Shown here: piece after piece, positions 46,663 through 55,583 of the stretch
Layout of the letters: each line of letters begins with the position of its first letter
How positions within the stretch are numbered: position 1 is the stretch's first letter
Source of the DNA: a bacterium
Lineage (GTDB): Bacteria; Patescibacteriota; 4484-211; GCA-002791395
DNA length: 64,000 bases
Assembly (NCBI GenBank): GCA_027002475.1
Contig: JALWZS010000030.1
Location: forward strand, 54,827-118,826
Direction: 5' to 3'
Program-made: the position numbers and the translations under genes
Notes under the pieces: generated by a model
Seen by the model: only the letters and a program-made list of their open reading frames with translations
Database searches by the model: none
What the model was told of the DNA's origin: nothing

Positions 46663-49494
46663 ATGCCCCAGTTTAAAAATACTTCGAATAAACCAGTCGA
46701 TATACATCAATATAGAAGCCGATTGCAATCTCTTGTGAACAAAAAATCTAATGCATCTACACCTCAATCGGCGAGTACAAATCTTGTTTCACCAAAACCG
46801 ACGGCTCCTAAAACTCCACCTAAAGCACGACTTGCTCAAGTTCATCACAAGGCACCTGCAACCAATGCGTCGTCACAAAAAGGCCCTAGCGGTGTAGCAC
46901 AAAAGGTCCAACCTGGGCTAAAACCAAGGCGGTTACCACCTAAGCCAAGATCTACTATGAAGGTACCATTAACTAAACAAGTTGGTACAAACCCTGCTAC
47001 GTCTTCGTTGACTAGCTCTAACAGCATTATAAAAAGAACACCTGCACCTATTAAAAATGTTAAGTCGGTTGTTACTAAAAGTAAGCCCGTTGCTCCAGTC
47101 AAAAAGAGTAAACCTGCTGTTGTGGCCCCTCAGGTTAAAGCTCCAGCTGAGCCTAAACAGACAAAGCCCGAGTTTACAAAACTTAATCCTAAATCTATCG
47201 AGTATTGGCATAAGGCGTGGAATTACTACGTCGATGGGGCAACTATAAAAGATCCTAATCGGGAAAAAATAATACTGCAGGTTTCGCTTCCTCAAGATAA
47301 CGAGATAGAGATGGCAGCAGCGGAGCAAATGTATGCTTCTTTGGTTAGCCTTGGAAATAGACCTGGCAAGGTTTTTGAAATTATTGTGAGTTTATTCCCT
47401 AAACTCGAAATACTGTTTAAAAATCATGACGATGCTATCTCTTTTGAAATTGCTGCAACTGAAAAGTTGATAAGGTTTCAGATAGTAACTCCAGTTGAGT
47501 GGCGTGATTTTATTGAGCGTCAAGTGCACGGTGCGTACCCAGAAGCACATATTGAACCAATTCAGTATAAAGACTTTATCCCAGAAACTGGGAATATTCA
47601 CTTTGCTCAATTACAGCTAAAAGGACGTGCCTTTTATCCGATACGACTACTTGAAGATTTTGAAACAGATCCATTAAGTAGTCTTACGTCTACCGTTAGT
47701 AAACTAATGGATGGTGAGCGTGCAATTGTTCAGTTTCTACTTCAACCAGCAGATGATTCGTGGCGTAAACGGGGGCAGAGGTTCGTACAATTAGCACAAG
47801 CGCCACCTAAGGGTGAAAACGAGCACAAGCCACAAATCCCACAATCTGTTATAGAAGGCGTCTCTAACAAAATATTAAAACCTGGTTTTAGGACTGTTAT
47901 CAGGATAATGGTGGAGTCTCCGAATGACTTTAATGCTCAGCAAACTCTTAGAAATATTGTAGGTTCGTTTGATCAGTTCTCACAACCACACTTAGCGATA
48001 TTTAAATCTAAAGGGGATAAAAAGCTAAAGGCAAAAACGGTAGAGGAATTTATAACCAGATCGTTTCCACGGTTTGGTAACTATCCAATATTAAACACAC
48101 TTGAGCTAGCAACCTTATATCACTTCCCAAATAAAGAGATAAAAACCCCAAGGATTGATTGGTTGCGAGTCCGCAAAAGCGCTCCACCTACGAATATACC
48201 ATCAGAAGGGCTGTATTTGGGTAAAAGTGAGTACAGAAACGAGGTCGTAAAAATTAGGATAAAAAGAGATGACAGGCGCCGCCACATGTATATCATTGGA
48301 CAAACTGGTTCAGGTAAATCGCAGTTTTTGCAATTTATGGCAACGCAGGACATTATGAATGGTGATGGGTTAGCGTTTATTGACCCGCATGGAGATGTTG
48401 TCGAAAACCTACTGCAGGTAATTCCTAAAGAACGAGTAGAGGATGTAGTTTACTTTAATCCTGCAGACACAGAACGCCCGATGGGGCTTAATATTTTAGA
48501 CGTAGAAGGCGAGCAAGCGCAGCACATGACCGTCAATTCGTTTATTGAACTTTTGTATAAGCTGTATGACCCAAATAGACAGGGAATGGTTGGACCACAG
48601 TTGGAGCGAGCAGTTCGTAACGTTATGTTAACAGCAATGGCAGAACCTGGAAATTCTATGGTTGAGGTTTTAAGGCTTTTAACAGACACGAAATATGCGG
48701 AGAAAAAGATACCATTAATTAAAGACCCTGTTGTTAAATCGTACTGGGTTGATCAGATTGCAAACACGAACGAGTTTCATAAGTCAGAAACCTTAGGTTA
48801 CTTTGTAAGTAAATTCGATAGGTTTGTTACTGAAAAGCTAATGAGAAATATTATTGGTCAATCTAAATCTGCATTTGATTTTAGGGATATTATGGATAAT
48901 AAAAAGATTCTTTTGATTAACCTTAGTAAGGGTAAGATTGGGGAAGCGAACAGTACCTTCTTAGGACTTCTTCTGGTTCCGCGGATACTAGCAGCGGCGA
49001 TGGCTAGGGCTGATATGCCAGAGGAGGAGCGTAAAGACTTTTTCTTGTATGTTGATGAGTTTCAAAACTTTGCCACACCAGACTTTGCGGAGATCTTAGC
49101 AGAGGCAAGAAAGTATCGCTTGGCGCTCATTGTTGCTAACCAATACATTGCACAGATTCAAGAGGATATCAGAAATGCAGTCTTCGGAAACGTTGGTTCG
49201 ATGTTTTGCTTTAGGGTTGGTGCAGATGATGGTGAGCATATGGAAAAGCAGTTCCAACCAGTGTTTACTCAAGCGGACTTAATTAACCAAGCGGTAGGTG
49301 AAAGCGTAGTTAGGCTCTTGATTGATGGACAACCATCTAGGCCATTTTCATTTAGAACCGATTGGCCGGCTATGCAAGCAGTAAAACGTAACCCGAAGAT
49401 GGCAGAAGTTATTAAAGAAATTAGCCGTCTTAAATATGGGCGGGATAGAGCAATTGTTGAACGTGAGATTGCAACACGTGCAGGATTCGAATAA
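46663..49494 (+). CDS. VirD4/TraD-like type-IV coupling-protein ATPase (FtsK/HerA superfamily). It has a 170-aa Lys/Pro/Thr-rich disordered N-terminal tail and an uncharacterised middle domain.
   Basis: Walker A YIIGQTGSGKSQF. Walker B FLYVDEFQNF. Arginine-finger region EARKYRLALIVANQYIAQI. TATAAT lies about 55 bp upstream. Confidence 0.7.
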   Translation: MPQFKNTSNKPVDIHQYRSRLQSLVNKKSNASTPQSASTNLVSPKPTAPKTPPKARLAQVHHKAPATNASSQKGPSGVAQKVQPGLKPRRLPPKPRSTMKVPLTKQVGTNPATSSLTSSNSIIKRTPAPIKNVKSVVTKSKPVAPVKKSKPAVVAPQVKAPAEPKQTKPEFTKLNPKSIEYWHKAWNYYVDGATIKDPNREKIILQVSLPQDNEIEMAAAEQMYASLVSLGNRPGKVFEIIVSLFPKLEILFKNHDDAISFEIAATEKLIRFQIVTPVEWRDFIERQVHGAYPEAHIEPIQYKDFIPETGNIHFAQLQLKGRAFYPIRLLEDFETDPLSSLTSTVSKLMDGERAIVQFLLQPADDSWRKRGQRFVQLAQAPPKGENEHKPQIPQSVIEGVSNKILKPGFRTVIRIMVESPNDFNAQQTLRNIVGSFDQFSQPHLAIFKSKGDKKLKAKTVEEFITRSFPRFGNYPILNTLELATLYHFPNKEIKTPRIDWLRVRKSAPPTNIPSEGLYLGKSEYRNEVVKIRIKRDDRRRHMYIIGQTGSGKSQFLQFMATQDIMNGDGLAFIDPHGDVVENLLQVIPKERVEDVVYFNPADTERPMGLNILDVEGEQAQHMTVNSFIELLYKLYDPNRQGMVGPQLERAVRNVMLTAMAEPGNSMVEVLRLLTDTKYAEKKIPLIKDPVVKSYWVDQIANTNEFHKSETLGYFVSKFDRFVTEKLMRNIIGQSKSAFDFRDIMDNKKILLINLSKGKIGEANSTFLGLLLVPRILAAAMARADMPEEERKDFFLYVDEFQNFATPDFAEILAEARKYRLALIVANQYIAQIQEDIRNAVFGNVGSMFCFRVGADDGEHMEKQFQPVFTQADLINQAVGESVVRLLIDGQPSRPFSFRTDWPAMQAVKRNPKMAEVIKEISRLKYGRDRAIVEREIATRAGFE

Positions 49495-49523
49495 AAACCT
49501 CATACTTATAGTATACTTTTGGC

Positions 49524-50036
49524 ATGTCATATGTAGTTAAACCGTTCAAGCACCTTTTAAAGGTAATCCTAGACGTCTATAAAAAGATGATAGTGAAAAA
49601 GCATATGGAGATTAACTTTTGGGTTTTGTATATGTTTATTCTTGGCTTTGTAGGTTCACGATTTGTAGTTAAGATCTTTCCAGAGGCTGCTTTGATTATA
49701 AATGGGATTCATGTTCACCATTTCGCTTATGGATTTATGCTACTTGCAGCGATAGGCTTTGCAGCGTTAAATGATGTTCACCGGAAGCATCCACGTTTTT
49801 TAGGCAGTGCATATGGTCTTTCTTTGGGTATTGCGTTCGACGAATTTGGAATGTGGATACTCCTTGACGATGATTATTGGGTGCGTCAATCATATGATGC
49901 AATTATGGTAATAGGTGCGTTTTTGGTGTCGGTTGTTTACTTCTCGGAGTTTTGGAGAATTTTATTCAAGAAATCTATTGATGTGTTAACCAAGGAAATT
50001 AAGTTTTCAAAAAAGAAGCATTGGTGGCAGGGGTAG
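49524..50036 (+). CDS. Hypothetical 4-TM membrane protein, probably co-transcribed with the coupling-protein-like ATPase
   Basis: Hydrophobic helices. The stop lies 12 bp inside the 3' end of the opposite-strand tRNA-Trp. Confidence 0.45.
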   Translation: MSYVVKPFKHLLKVILDVYKKMIVKKHMEINFWVLYMFILGFVGSRFVVKIFPEAALIINGIHVHHFAYGFMLLAAIGFAALNDVHRKHPRFLGSAYGLSLGIAFDEFGMWILLDDDYWVRQSYDAIMVIGAFLVSVVYFSEFWRILFKKSIDVLTKEIKFSKKKHWWQG

Positions 50037-50100
50037 AGGGATTCGAACCCCCACTAACGGTTTTGGAGACCGTTGTGCTAGCCGTTGACACTATACCCCT
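50025..50100 (-). tRNA. tRNA-Trp (anticodon CCA)
   Basis: AGGGGTA...TACCCCTGCCA acceptor, anticodon loop CTCCAAA. Canonical position between rpmG and secE. Confidence 0.9.
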
Positions 50101-50293
50101 TAGATGAGACCCATTATAACTTAAGAAATCATTGGTGTATATCGTTGTTTGGAGATGTGGGTACTAACTTGTTATCGCTAACGTTGACTATTTGGTAATT
50201 GATTAACTTTTTAGGGTTAGCCTTTATGAAAAAGACCGGACTGGCGTTGCAATGCCGATATATATCGGAAGAAGCGTCTCCACTAGAAAAAGG

Positions 50294-50500
50294 CTAGTTG
50301 TTTTTTGGTATCTTTTTCTCGATGTGGGGAGTGTGTTTTTGGCACTGCGGGCAATACTTCATTAGGGGCTCTTCTTCGGTGAATTTGTATTCTGCTTTTA
50401 CCTTTTTGCGAATGTGGTAGTTTTGGCTATTGCATACACTACAATGCAAAGCCATTGGCACTACTTTTTTCTTCTTTTTGCTTTTGCTTGCTTTAGCCAT
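50294..50500 (-). CDS. rpmG: 50S ribosomal protein L33 (zinc-ribbon type)
   Basis: CSVCNSQNY...CPQCQKHTPHIEKK and a Lys-rich N-terminus. Confidence 0.85.
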   Translation of the reverse strand: MAKASKSKKKKKVVPMALHCSVCNSQNYHIRKKVKAEYKFTEEEPLMKYCPQCQKHTPHIEKKIPKNN

Positions 50501-50693
50501 AACGTTAATTTAACTTTTGGATTATAGCATATGGTTGGGTAGCTTTCGCGTGAGCACTCTTGCGTCATCTAAATCGTACGTAGGGTAAAAGGTAGTCCTT
50601 GCTTCATCCTTCGCTAAAGCTTCGGACGACGAAAAAGCTACAGACTACACTCTCATACTTAACAAGTTCCGGTATTTTCTTTGCAGTCGTAAA

Positions 50694-50787
50694 AGGGAGT
50701 TCACCTTCGCCAAAGGCTACGGTGAACACCCCTACTTCGTCTAAACCGCACGCAGGGCAAGCCCTACGTAGCTTTAGCGAAGTAGGG
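50694..50787 (-). repeat. Structured ~95-bp element immediately 3' of tRNA-Thr(GGT), copy 1 of a tRNA-Thr-associated repeat
   Basis: About 90% identical to 55353-55476. Nested hairpins CCCTAC...GTAGGG and GTTCACC...GGTGAAC. Confidence 0.7.
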
Positions 50788-50864
50788 TGGAGCCGTTGGG
50801 CGGATTCGAACCGCCGACCTCATCCTTACCATGGATGCGCTCTAACCAACTGAGCTACAACGGC
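50788..50864 (-). tRNA. tRNA-Thr (anticodon GGT), CCA encoded
   Basis: GCCGTTG/CAACGGC acceptor, anticodon loop ATGGTAA, T-arm GGCGG-TTCGAAT-CCGCC. Confidence 0.9.
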
Positions 50865-51216
50865 GTGTAGATACAAACGTTAATTTATCACACAAATGTA
50901 TTATTGAGAATGGGTAGCAAGACGTTTGATGTACGCGCCTGTTGTCAATTACCTTATTGTCATTGCGATACCGCTTGTAGCGGGAGAAGCAATCCCAAGT
51001 CACGAAAGATCGCCACGTCGCCTTGCTCCTCGCGATGACGAGTCGATTATCAAATAACTACTTCGCAGTTTATCGCAATGACGAATCGATTGTCACGTCG
51101 CTTTGGCTTCTCGCAATGGACGCATGCAAGGTATGCTTACAGGCGAAACTACGTTGCTGTACGATATCACTCTACGTTATTGTGAGGAGAAAACTAGAGA
51201 TTTGCGACGTGGTAAT

Positions 51217-52332
51217 CTATCTTGTTATCGCGTAGCTTTCGACTTCTTCTTTTAAGCTCTTAGCTTTTTCGTTTTGCTTGAAGTAATCTTGTACCGGTGC
51301 GAGGTATGAGTTTATGTAATCTGTTAATGCTAACTTTAAGTCGAGTGGGTGAACTCCTTTTTGTGCAAATAGTTCTTCAAGTTCTTTGTAATTTTCAAAC
51401 TCTAGGCTTCCGCCGTGTTCTGGCTTACGGTTAATAACGACCTTTTCTTCTTTTGCAAAGACCAAATACTTAAAGTACTCAAGGATTGGGTTTTCTTCGA
51501 TAATTCCTTCTGGGCACCATGCGTTTTTTATTTTCTTTGCTACATCATCTGGGGTATCTGTCATAAAGATTGCACTATTTGGGTTTGATTTGCTCATCTT
51601 AAGCCGAATTGCTCGATCTGTACTCGTCTCACCGTCCGTTTTGTCCGTTGGTGGGAGTAGTCCAAGCAACATGTGGTGGCTAATGACAATAGGCTTTGCA
51701 AAACCTAATTTGGGTGCAACCTCTCTTGCGAGCATATTGACCTTTCGTTGATCCATGCCAAGCTGTGCGACATTAGCTTTTAGCATGAATACGTCGGTTG
51801 CTTGCATTAGGGGATAGAGGATTTGGGAAGCTGTTAGAGTATCCGATTCTTTCCTGCCCATAATCTCAACCGTTCGAATAACTCGTGGTAAATTCGTCTC
51901 GACCGCAATTCGCATCACTAAATCCCAATATCCTTCTTGTTTAACTAAATCGCTTGCCCATACAAATTCGATGTTTTCTGTGCTCATGCCAGATGCTTTC
52001 CAAATCTCGATAAAATACTGTCCAACCTTTTTGATTTTTTCTAAATCGCCGCCGATTTTGTGGTTTGCCCATGCGTGCCAGTCTGCTACAAGTACTTTGA
52101 ATTTAAATCCTGCCTTAATCATTTTATTAATATTGATTGTTCGAAGAATGCCTTGAGGAAGATGAATTCTGCCGCTTGGTTCAAAACCATCGTATGCAAT
52201 TAGCTCTTTACCTGACTTTAATAGCTTGAGCAACTCTTCTTCAGTAACAATTTCCTCTCCGACTTGTTTAACAAGGTCTAGTCTTTCCTTTATTGATAGT
52301 CCCTTAACCATTGATTTATTATACACTGGCAA
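51217..52332 (-). CDS. tyrS: Tyrosyl-tRNA synthetase, archaeal/eukaryotic type, with a degenerate HIGH motif (HLPQ)
   Basis: AYDGFEPSGRIHLPQG aligns with archaeal GFEPSGKIHLGHY. KMSKS is present. Length 371 aa. Confidence 0.8.
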   Translation of the reverse strand: MPVYNKSMVKGLSIKERLDLVKQVGEEIVTEEELLKLLKSGKELIAYDGFEPSGRIHLPQGILRTININKMIKAGFKFKVLVADWHAWANHKIGGDLEKIKKVGQYFIEIWKASGMSTENIEFVWASDLVKQEGYWDLVMRIAVETNLPRVIRTVEIMGRKESDTLTASQILYPLMQATDVFMLKANVAQLGMDQRKVNMLAREVAPKLGFAKPIVISHHMLLGLLPPTDKTDGETSTDRAIRLKMSKSNPNSAIFMTDTPDDVAKKIKNAWCPEGIIEENPILEYFKYLVFAKEEKVVINRKPEHGGSLEFENYKELEELFAQKGVHPLDLKLALTDYINSYLAPVQDYFKQNEKAKSLKEEVESYAITR

Positions 52333-52427
52333 GTAGTGTAGAGGGTGTGAGATGTTGTGTACTTATTGTTTAAATGTTTGATGTTGTGTTGCTTCTTGTG
52401 GGAGTTTATAGTATCTTAATAAAGACG

Positions 52428-52529
52428 CTCTTATAAAGAGAGGTGGAGGGACCGGCCCGATGAAGCCTCGGCAGCCTGCAAAAGCAAGGTGCCAATTCCG
52501 GCAAGGTGAAGACCTTGAAAGATGAGAGG
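52428..52529 (+). promoter_or_regulatory. SAM-I (S-box) riboswitch aptamer in the metK leader
   Basis: CTCTTATAAAGAGAGGTGGAGGGACCGGCCCGATGAAGCCTCGGCAGCC...AAGGTGCCAATTCCGGCA...GATGAGAG matches the S-box consensus. Expression-platform terminator at 52547-52569. Confidence 0.9.
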
Positions 52530-52546
52530 GATAAAGAGAATACTCC

Positions 52547-52569
52547 AAGCCCTTTCAGAGGGCTTTTTT
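52547..52569 (+). terminator. Riboswitch-controlled intrinsic terminator (GCCCTTTCAGAGGGC + T6)
   Basis: Perfect 5-bp GC stem followed by TTTTTT, about 35 nt before the metK start. Confidence 0.8.
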
Positions 52570-52604
52570 ATTAGCCCTCAAATGATTAGTAAAGGAAAAC
52601 AAAA

Positions 52605-53765
52605 ATGTTATTTACGTCAGAATCAGTTACACAGGGGCATCCAGACAAGGTCTGCGATCAAATCAGTGATGCAGTTTTAGATGCTTGTTTGGCGCAAGAT
52701 CCTAACTCTAGGGTAGCGTGTGAGGTTGCGACCAAAACAGGGTTTGTCATTTTAATGGGTGAGATTACAACTAATGCTCGAGTTGATTTTGAGGAAATTG
52801 CTAGAAATGTCCTTTTAGACATTGGCTATGACAGTAGTGAAGCGGGTTTGGATGGTAATACCTGTGGAGTTTTAACATCAATTAGCAAACAATCTCCAGA
52901 TATCGCACGAGGTGTAAATTCGGCCAAAGATGAGAGAGAAACTTTAGGTGCAGGAGATCAAGGTTTGATGTTTGGCTATGCTTGCAACGAAACAGAAAAC
53001 TTAATGCCACTTCCCATCGAGCTTGCTCATAAGCTAGTAAAAGGTTTAGCCAACGCAAGAAAATCAGGTGAACTTCCATGGCTTAGACCAGATGGCAAAA
53101 GTCAGGTAACTGTTGAATATGATGACAACGGGCGACCAAAACGAATTGACACGGTCCTAATTAGCACTCAGCACTCGCCAGATGTCAGTCAACAAGAGAT
53201 TCGTGAAGCTTTGATTGATAAGGTAATTATGCCGCAATTGCCAAAAGACTTAGTTGATGAGAGTTTAAAGATTTTGGTTAATCCAACTGGGCGTTTTGTG
53301 ATTGGTGGTCCTGCTGGAGATGCTGGGCTTACTGGTAGAAAGATTATGGTTGATACTTATGGGGGGATGGCAAGGCATGGTGGGGGAGCATTTTCCGGGA
53401 AAGATGCAACTAAAGTTGACCGGTCTGCGGCGTATGCTCTTCGCAAGGTCGCTAAAACAGTTGTTTCTAAAGGAATGGCAGATAGGTGTGAGGTGCAAGC
53501 CGCTTATGCAATCGGTGTAGCAAAACCTGTTAGTTTGTTTGTTGAAACTTTTGGTACAGGGAAGGTAAGTGATAAAGAGATTTTAGAGTTTATCAAAAAA
53601 GAGTTTGACTTAAGACCGGGAGCGATTATTCAAGATTTAGGTCTTAGAAAGCCTATTTTTAGGCCCCTAGCTACATACGGTCACTTCGGAAGAGAGGACT
53701 TGGGGGTGGAGTGGGAGAAGGTCGTAGAGTGTGAATCAACTGTGAGGGCGACAAATGTTGTTTGA
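52605..53765 (+). CDS. metK: S-adenosylmethionine synthetase
   Basis: [26 protein letters not shown] and GGGAFSGKD. Confidence 0.95.
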   Translation: MLFTSESVTQGHPDKVCDQISDAVLDACLAQDPNSRVACEVATKTGFVILMGEITTNARVDFEEIARNVLLDIGYDSSEAGLDGNTCGVLTSISKQSPDIARGVNSAKDERETLGAGDQGLMFGYACNETENLMPLPIELAHKLVKGLANARKSGELPWLRPDGKSQVTVEYDDNGRPKRIDTVLISTQHSPDVSQQEIREALIDKVIMPQLPKDLVDESLKILVNPTGRFVIGGPAGDAGLTGRKIMVDTYGGMARHGGGAFSGKDATKVDRSAAYALRKVAKTVVSKGMADRCEVQAAYAIGVAKPVSLFVETFGTGKVSDKEILEFIKKEFDLRPGAIIQDLGLRKPIFRPLATYGHFGREDLGVEWEKVVECESTVRATNVV

Positions 53766-53821
53766 TTAGTTCTTTATTCTCTACTTCAGTACTGCGAAAC
53801 AGTGTATTTCTACTTGTAAGT

Positions 53822-54733
53822 TCAGCTAGCTTTAGTTACAACTTGCTTTATCAAAAACATTACGTAGTCAATATCTAGCTCTGTGTTGAGTTGATACTCT
53901 GTTTCACCACTTGTCCATCTACTCATACTTGATACATCTCTAAGTTTCTTCTCGGGGTCCTTAAAGTGTTTAACATGCATTGGTAAAGAAATCTTTAGAC
54001 CCTGTTTCTGGGGTACTATCTCTAATATCCGATCGTTGTTATTGTATACTTTAATGTATTTCTTAGTGGCTGAGATATTGGGTTCAAACAGATTTTGTAT
54101 TCTTTGTGCAAGGATCTCGTATAGTTCCTTGCTATGTGTCCAATCATTTTTAAACAAATCAGTTATTGTATAGGTTTTAACTTCTTTTGCGACAGATTTA
54201 ACTATTCTGCTTTTTGTTACTGTCTGAATTGACTCACTAGAGTCGACAGCCTTAATTTGATAAAAATCGATTGTGTTGTTTTCATACATTTTTGCCTCCC
54301 ATAGTTCGATAGGTAAATCTTTGAAATTGATTGCTGCTGTTTGGTGATGAGTGAATGAGTCAGCGATGAAAATAACTTTGGATTGAGTCCAGTCTACATC
54401 ACCTCGCGTAAGGTTTTTCTTATTATGCTCATTGTATTCAAGAATGAAATCAGCCTTGTTGTTAAGCATTAAAGCGAGGTAGGCGTATCCTTGGTCGATG
54501 ACGCTAAAACTACGTTCCTTTTTGTATTCAATTATAACGAAGGAATTTGTCTCTGAATCAAATGCGAGAGTGTCGATACGTAAATTGTGCAGTTGGAATT
54601 CATGGGCTACAAATTCCAGATTAAAAACGCTTTTAAGATTTTTCTCAACTAAAGTTTGAATATTTTTCTCGAGGTTAATTTTCTTCTTGGGGATGGGAGT
54701 GAGAGTTGTATGTTTTATACTAAACAAAGGCAT
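53822..54733 (-). CDS. Hypothetical protein with an N-terminal PD-(D/E)xK restriction-endonuclease-like core
   Basis: LRIDTLAFDSETNSFVIIEYKK (D...ExK) preceded by an EF..H helix. No further family assignment. Confidence 0.45.
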   Translation of the reverse strand: MPLFSIKHTTLTPIPKKKINLEKNIQTLVEKNLKSVFNLEFVAHEFQLHNLRIDTLAFDSETNSFVIIEYKKERSFSVIDQGYAYLALMLNNKADFILEYNEHNKKNLTRGDVDWTQSKVIFIADSFTHHQTAAINFKDLPIELWEAKMYENNTIDFYQIKAVDSSESIQTVTKSRIVKSVAKEVKTYTITDLFKNDWTHSKELYEILAQRIQNLFEPNISATKKYIKVYNNNDRILEIVPQKQGLKISLPMHVKHFKDPEKKLRDVSSMSRWTSGETEYQLNTELDIDYVMFLIKQVVTKAS

Positions 54734-54804
54734 TTACTTATATTTTACCATTATTCTAAGTTGTAAAACGTTGTTATTGTTTTTGGTTGTTGGAGGGAGA
54801 AAAG

Positions 54805-54892
54805 TGGTCCGGGGGGTAGGATTCGAACCTACGTAGGGATTAGTCCCGCGGGGTTTACAGCCCCGAGCAATTGACCACTATGCGACCCCCGG
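54805..54892 (-). tRNA. tRNA-Tyr (anticodon GTA), long variable arm
   Basis: CCGGGGG/CCCCCGG acceptor, anticodon loop CTGTAAA, variable stem GGGA-CTAA-TCCC. 88 nt. Confidence 0.85.
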
Positions 54893-55001
54893 TAGTTTAA
54901 CGTATAGATTATAAGCAAAGAATGCTAATTTATAAACTAGCAACTTCAAATTATAGCATTATGAGAGATGGGGAGCGCTTCGATTTAGAACAAAAGTGCT
55001 T

Positions 55002-55238
55002 TTAAAGTAAATGTTTATTTCTAAAAGCAATCCCAGAGCCTGTTTTAAGATAGGTCTCAAACTTTCGTGCTGTAGACTCTTTCTCGAATGCTAAGTACGC
55101 AACAAGATGCACTGGTAAGAATCGCTTGGTTGAAACAACATTTCCTCTTTTGTGTTCAGACAATCTCTGTCGCAAGTTAGAGCTAAAGCCTGTGTAATAT
55201 TGCCCATTAGCTAGTTGTAAGATGTAAACGTAATACAT
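55002..55238 (-). CDS. GIY-YIG nuclease-domain protein (UPF0213/YhbQ-like)
   Basis: MYYVYILQLANGQYYTGFSSNLRQRLSEHKRG. Confidence 0.8.
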   Translation of the reverse strand: MYYVYILQLANGQYYTGFSSNLRQRLSEHKRGNVVSTKRFLPVHLVAYLAFEKESTARKFETYLKTGSGIAFRNKHLL

Positions 55239-55352
55239 CGTTAGAACGCGTACTGTTAACTATAATAGCTTAGAAGCTATAGGTAGGCAATACTCTCATA
55301 CTTCGCTATGTAAACTTCGTACAGTATGCTTATTCAACAAGTTTCTTGTGGG

Positions 55353-55476
55353 GGGAGCTCACCTTCGCCTCCTCCTTCGCTAATGCTACGGAGGACAAGA
55401 GAAGGCTACGGTGAACACTCCTACTTCGTTTAAATCGTACATAGAGCAAGCCCTACGTAGCTTTAGCGAAGTAGGG
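55353..55476 (-). repeat. tRNA-Thr-associated repeat copy 2 (3' of tRNA-Thr TGT), with an extra ~30-bp internal segment
   Basis: Shares ...GGCTACGGTGAACAC.CCTACTTCGT.TAAA.CG.AC..AG.GCAAGCCCTACGTAGCTTTAGCGAAGTAGGGTGGAGCCG with 50694-50787. Confidence 0.7.
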
Positions 55477-55553
55477 TGGAGCCGCCTCGGAGATTCGAAC
55501 TCCGGACCTACGGTTTACAAAACCGTCGCTCTGACCAACTGAGCTAAGGCGGC
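55477..55553 (-). tRNA. tRNA-Thr (anticodon TGT), CCA encoded
   Basis: GCCGCCT/AGGCGGC acceptor, anticodon loop TTTGTAA. Confidence 0.9.
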
Positions 55554-55555
55554 CT

Positions 55556-55583
55556 AATTAAGTTATCTGTAGATAACTTAATT
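55556..55583. promoter_or_regulatory. Perfect 13-bp inverted repeat AATTAAGTTATCT-GT-AGATAACTTAATT, 3 bp upstream of the tRNA-Thr(TGT) 5' end
   Basis: Read directly from the sequence. Confidence 0.6.

Noticed and set aside
51023-51235. 70-aa plus-strand ORF between tRNA-Thr and tyrS
   Set aside because: It lies entirely within a repeat-rich non-coding spacer, and has no RBS and no recognisable fold signature.
52363-52548. 61-aa minus-strand ORF upstream of metK
   Set aside because: It overlaps a textbook SAM-I riboswitch and its terminator on the plus strand. The ORF is an artefact of the structured GC-rich leader.
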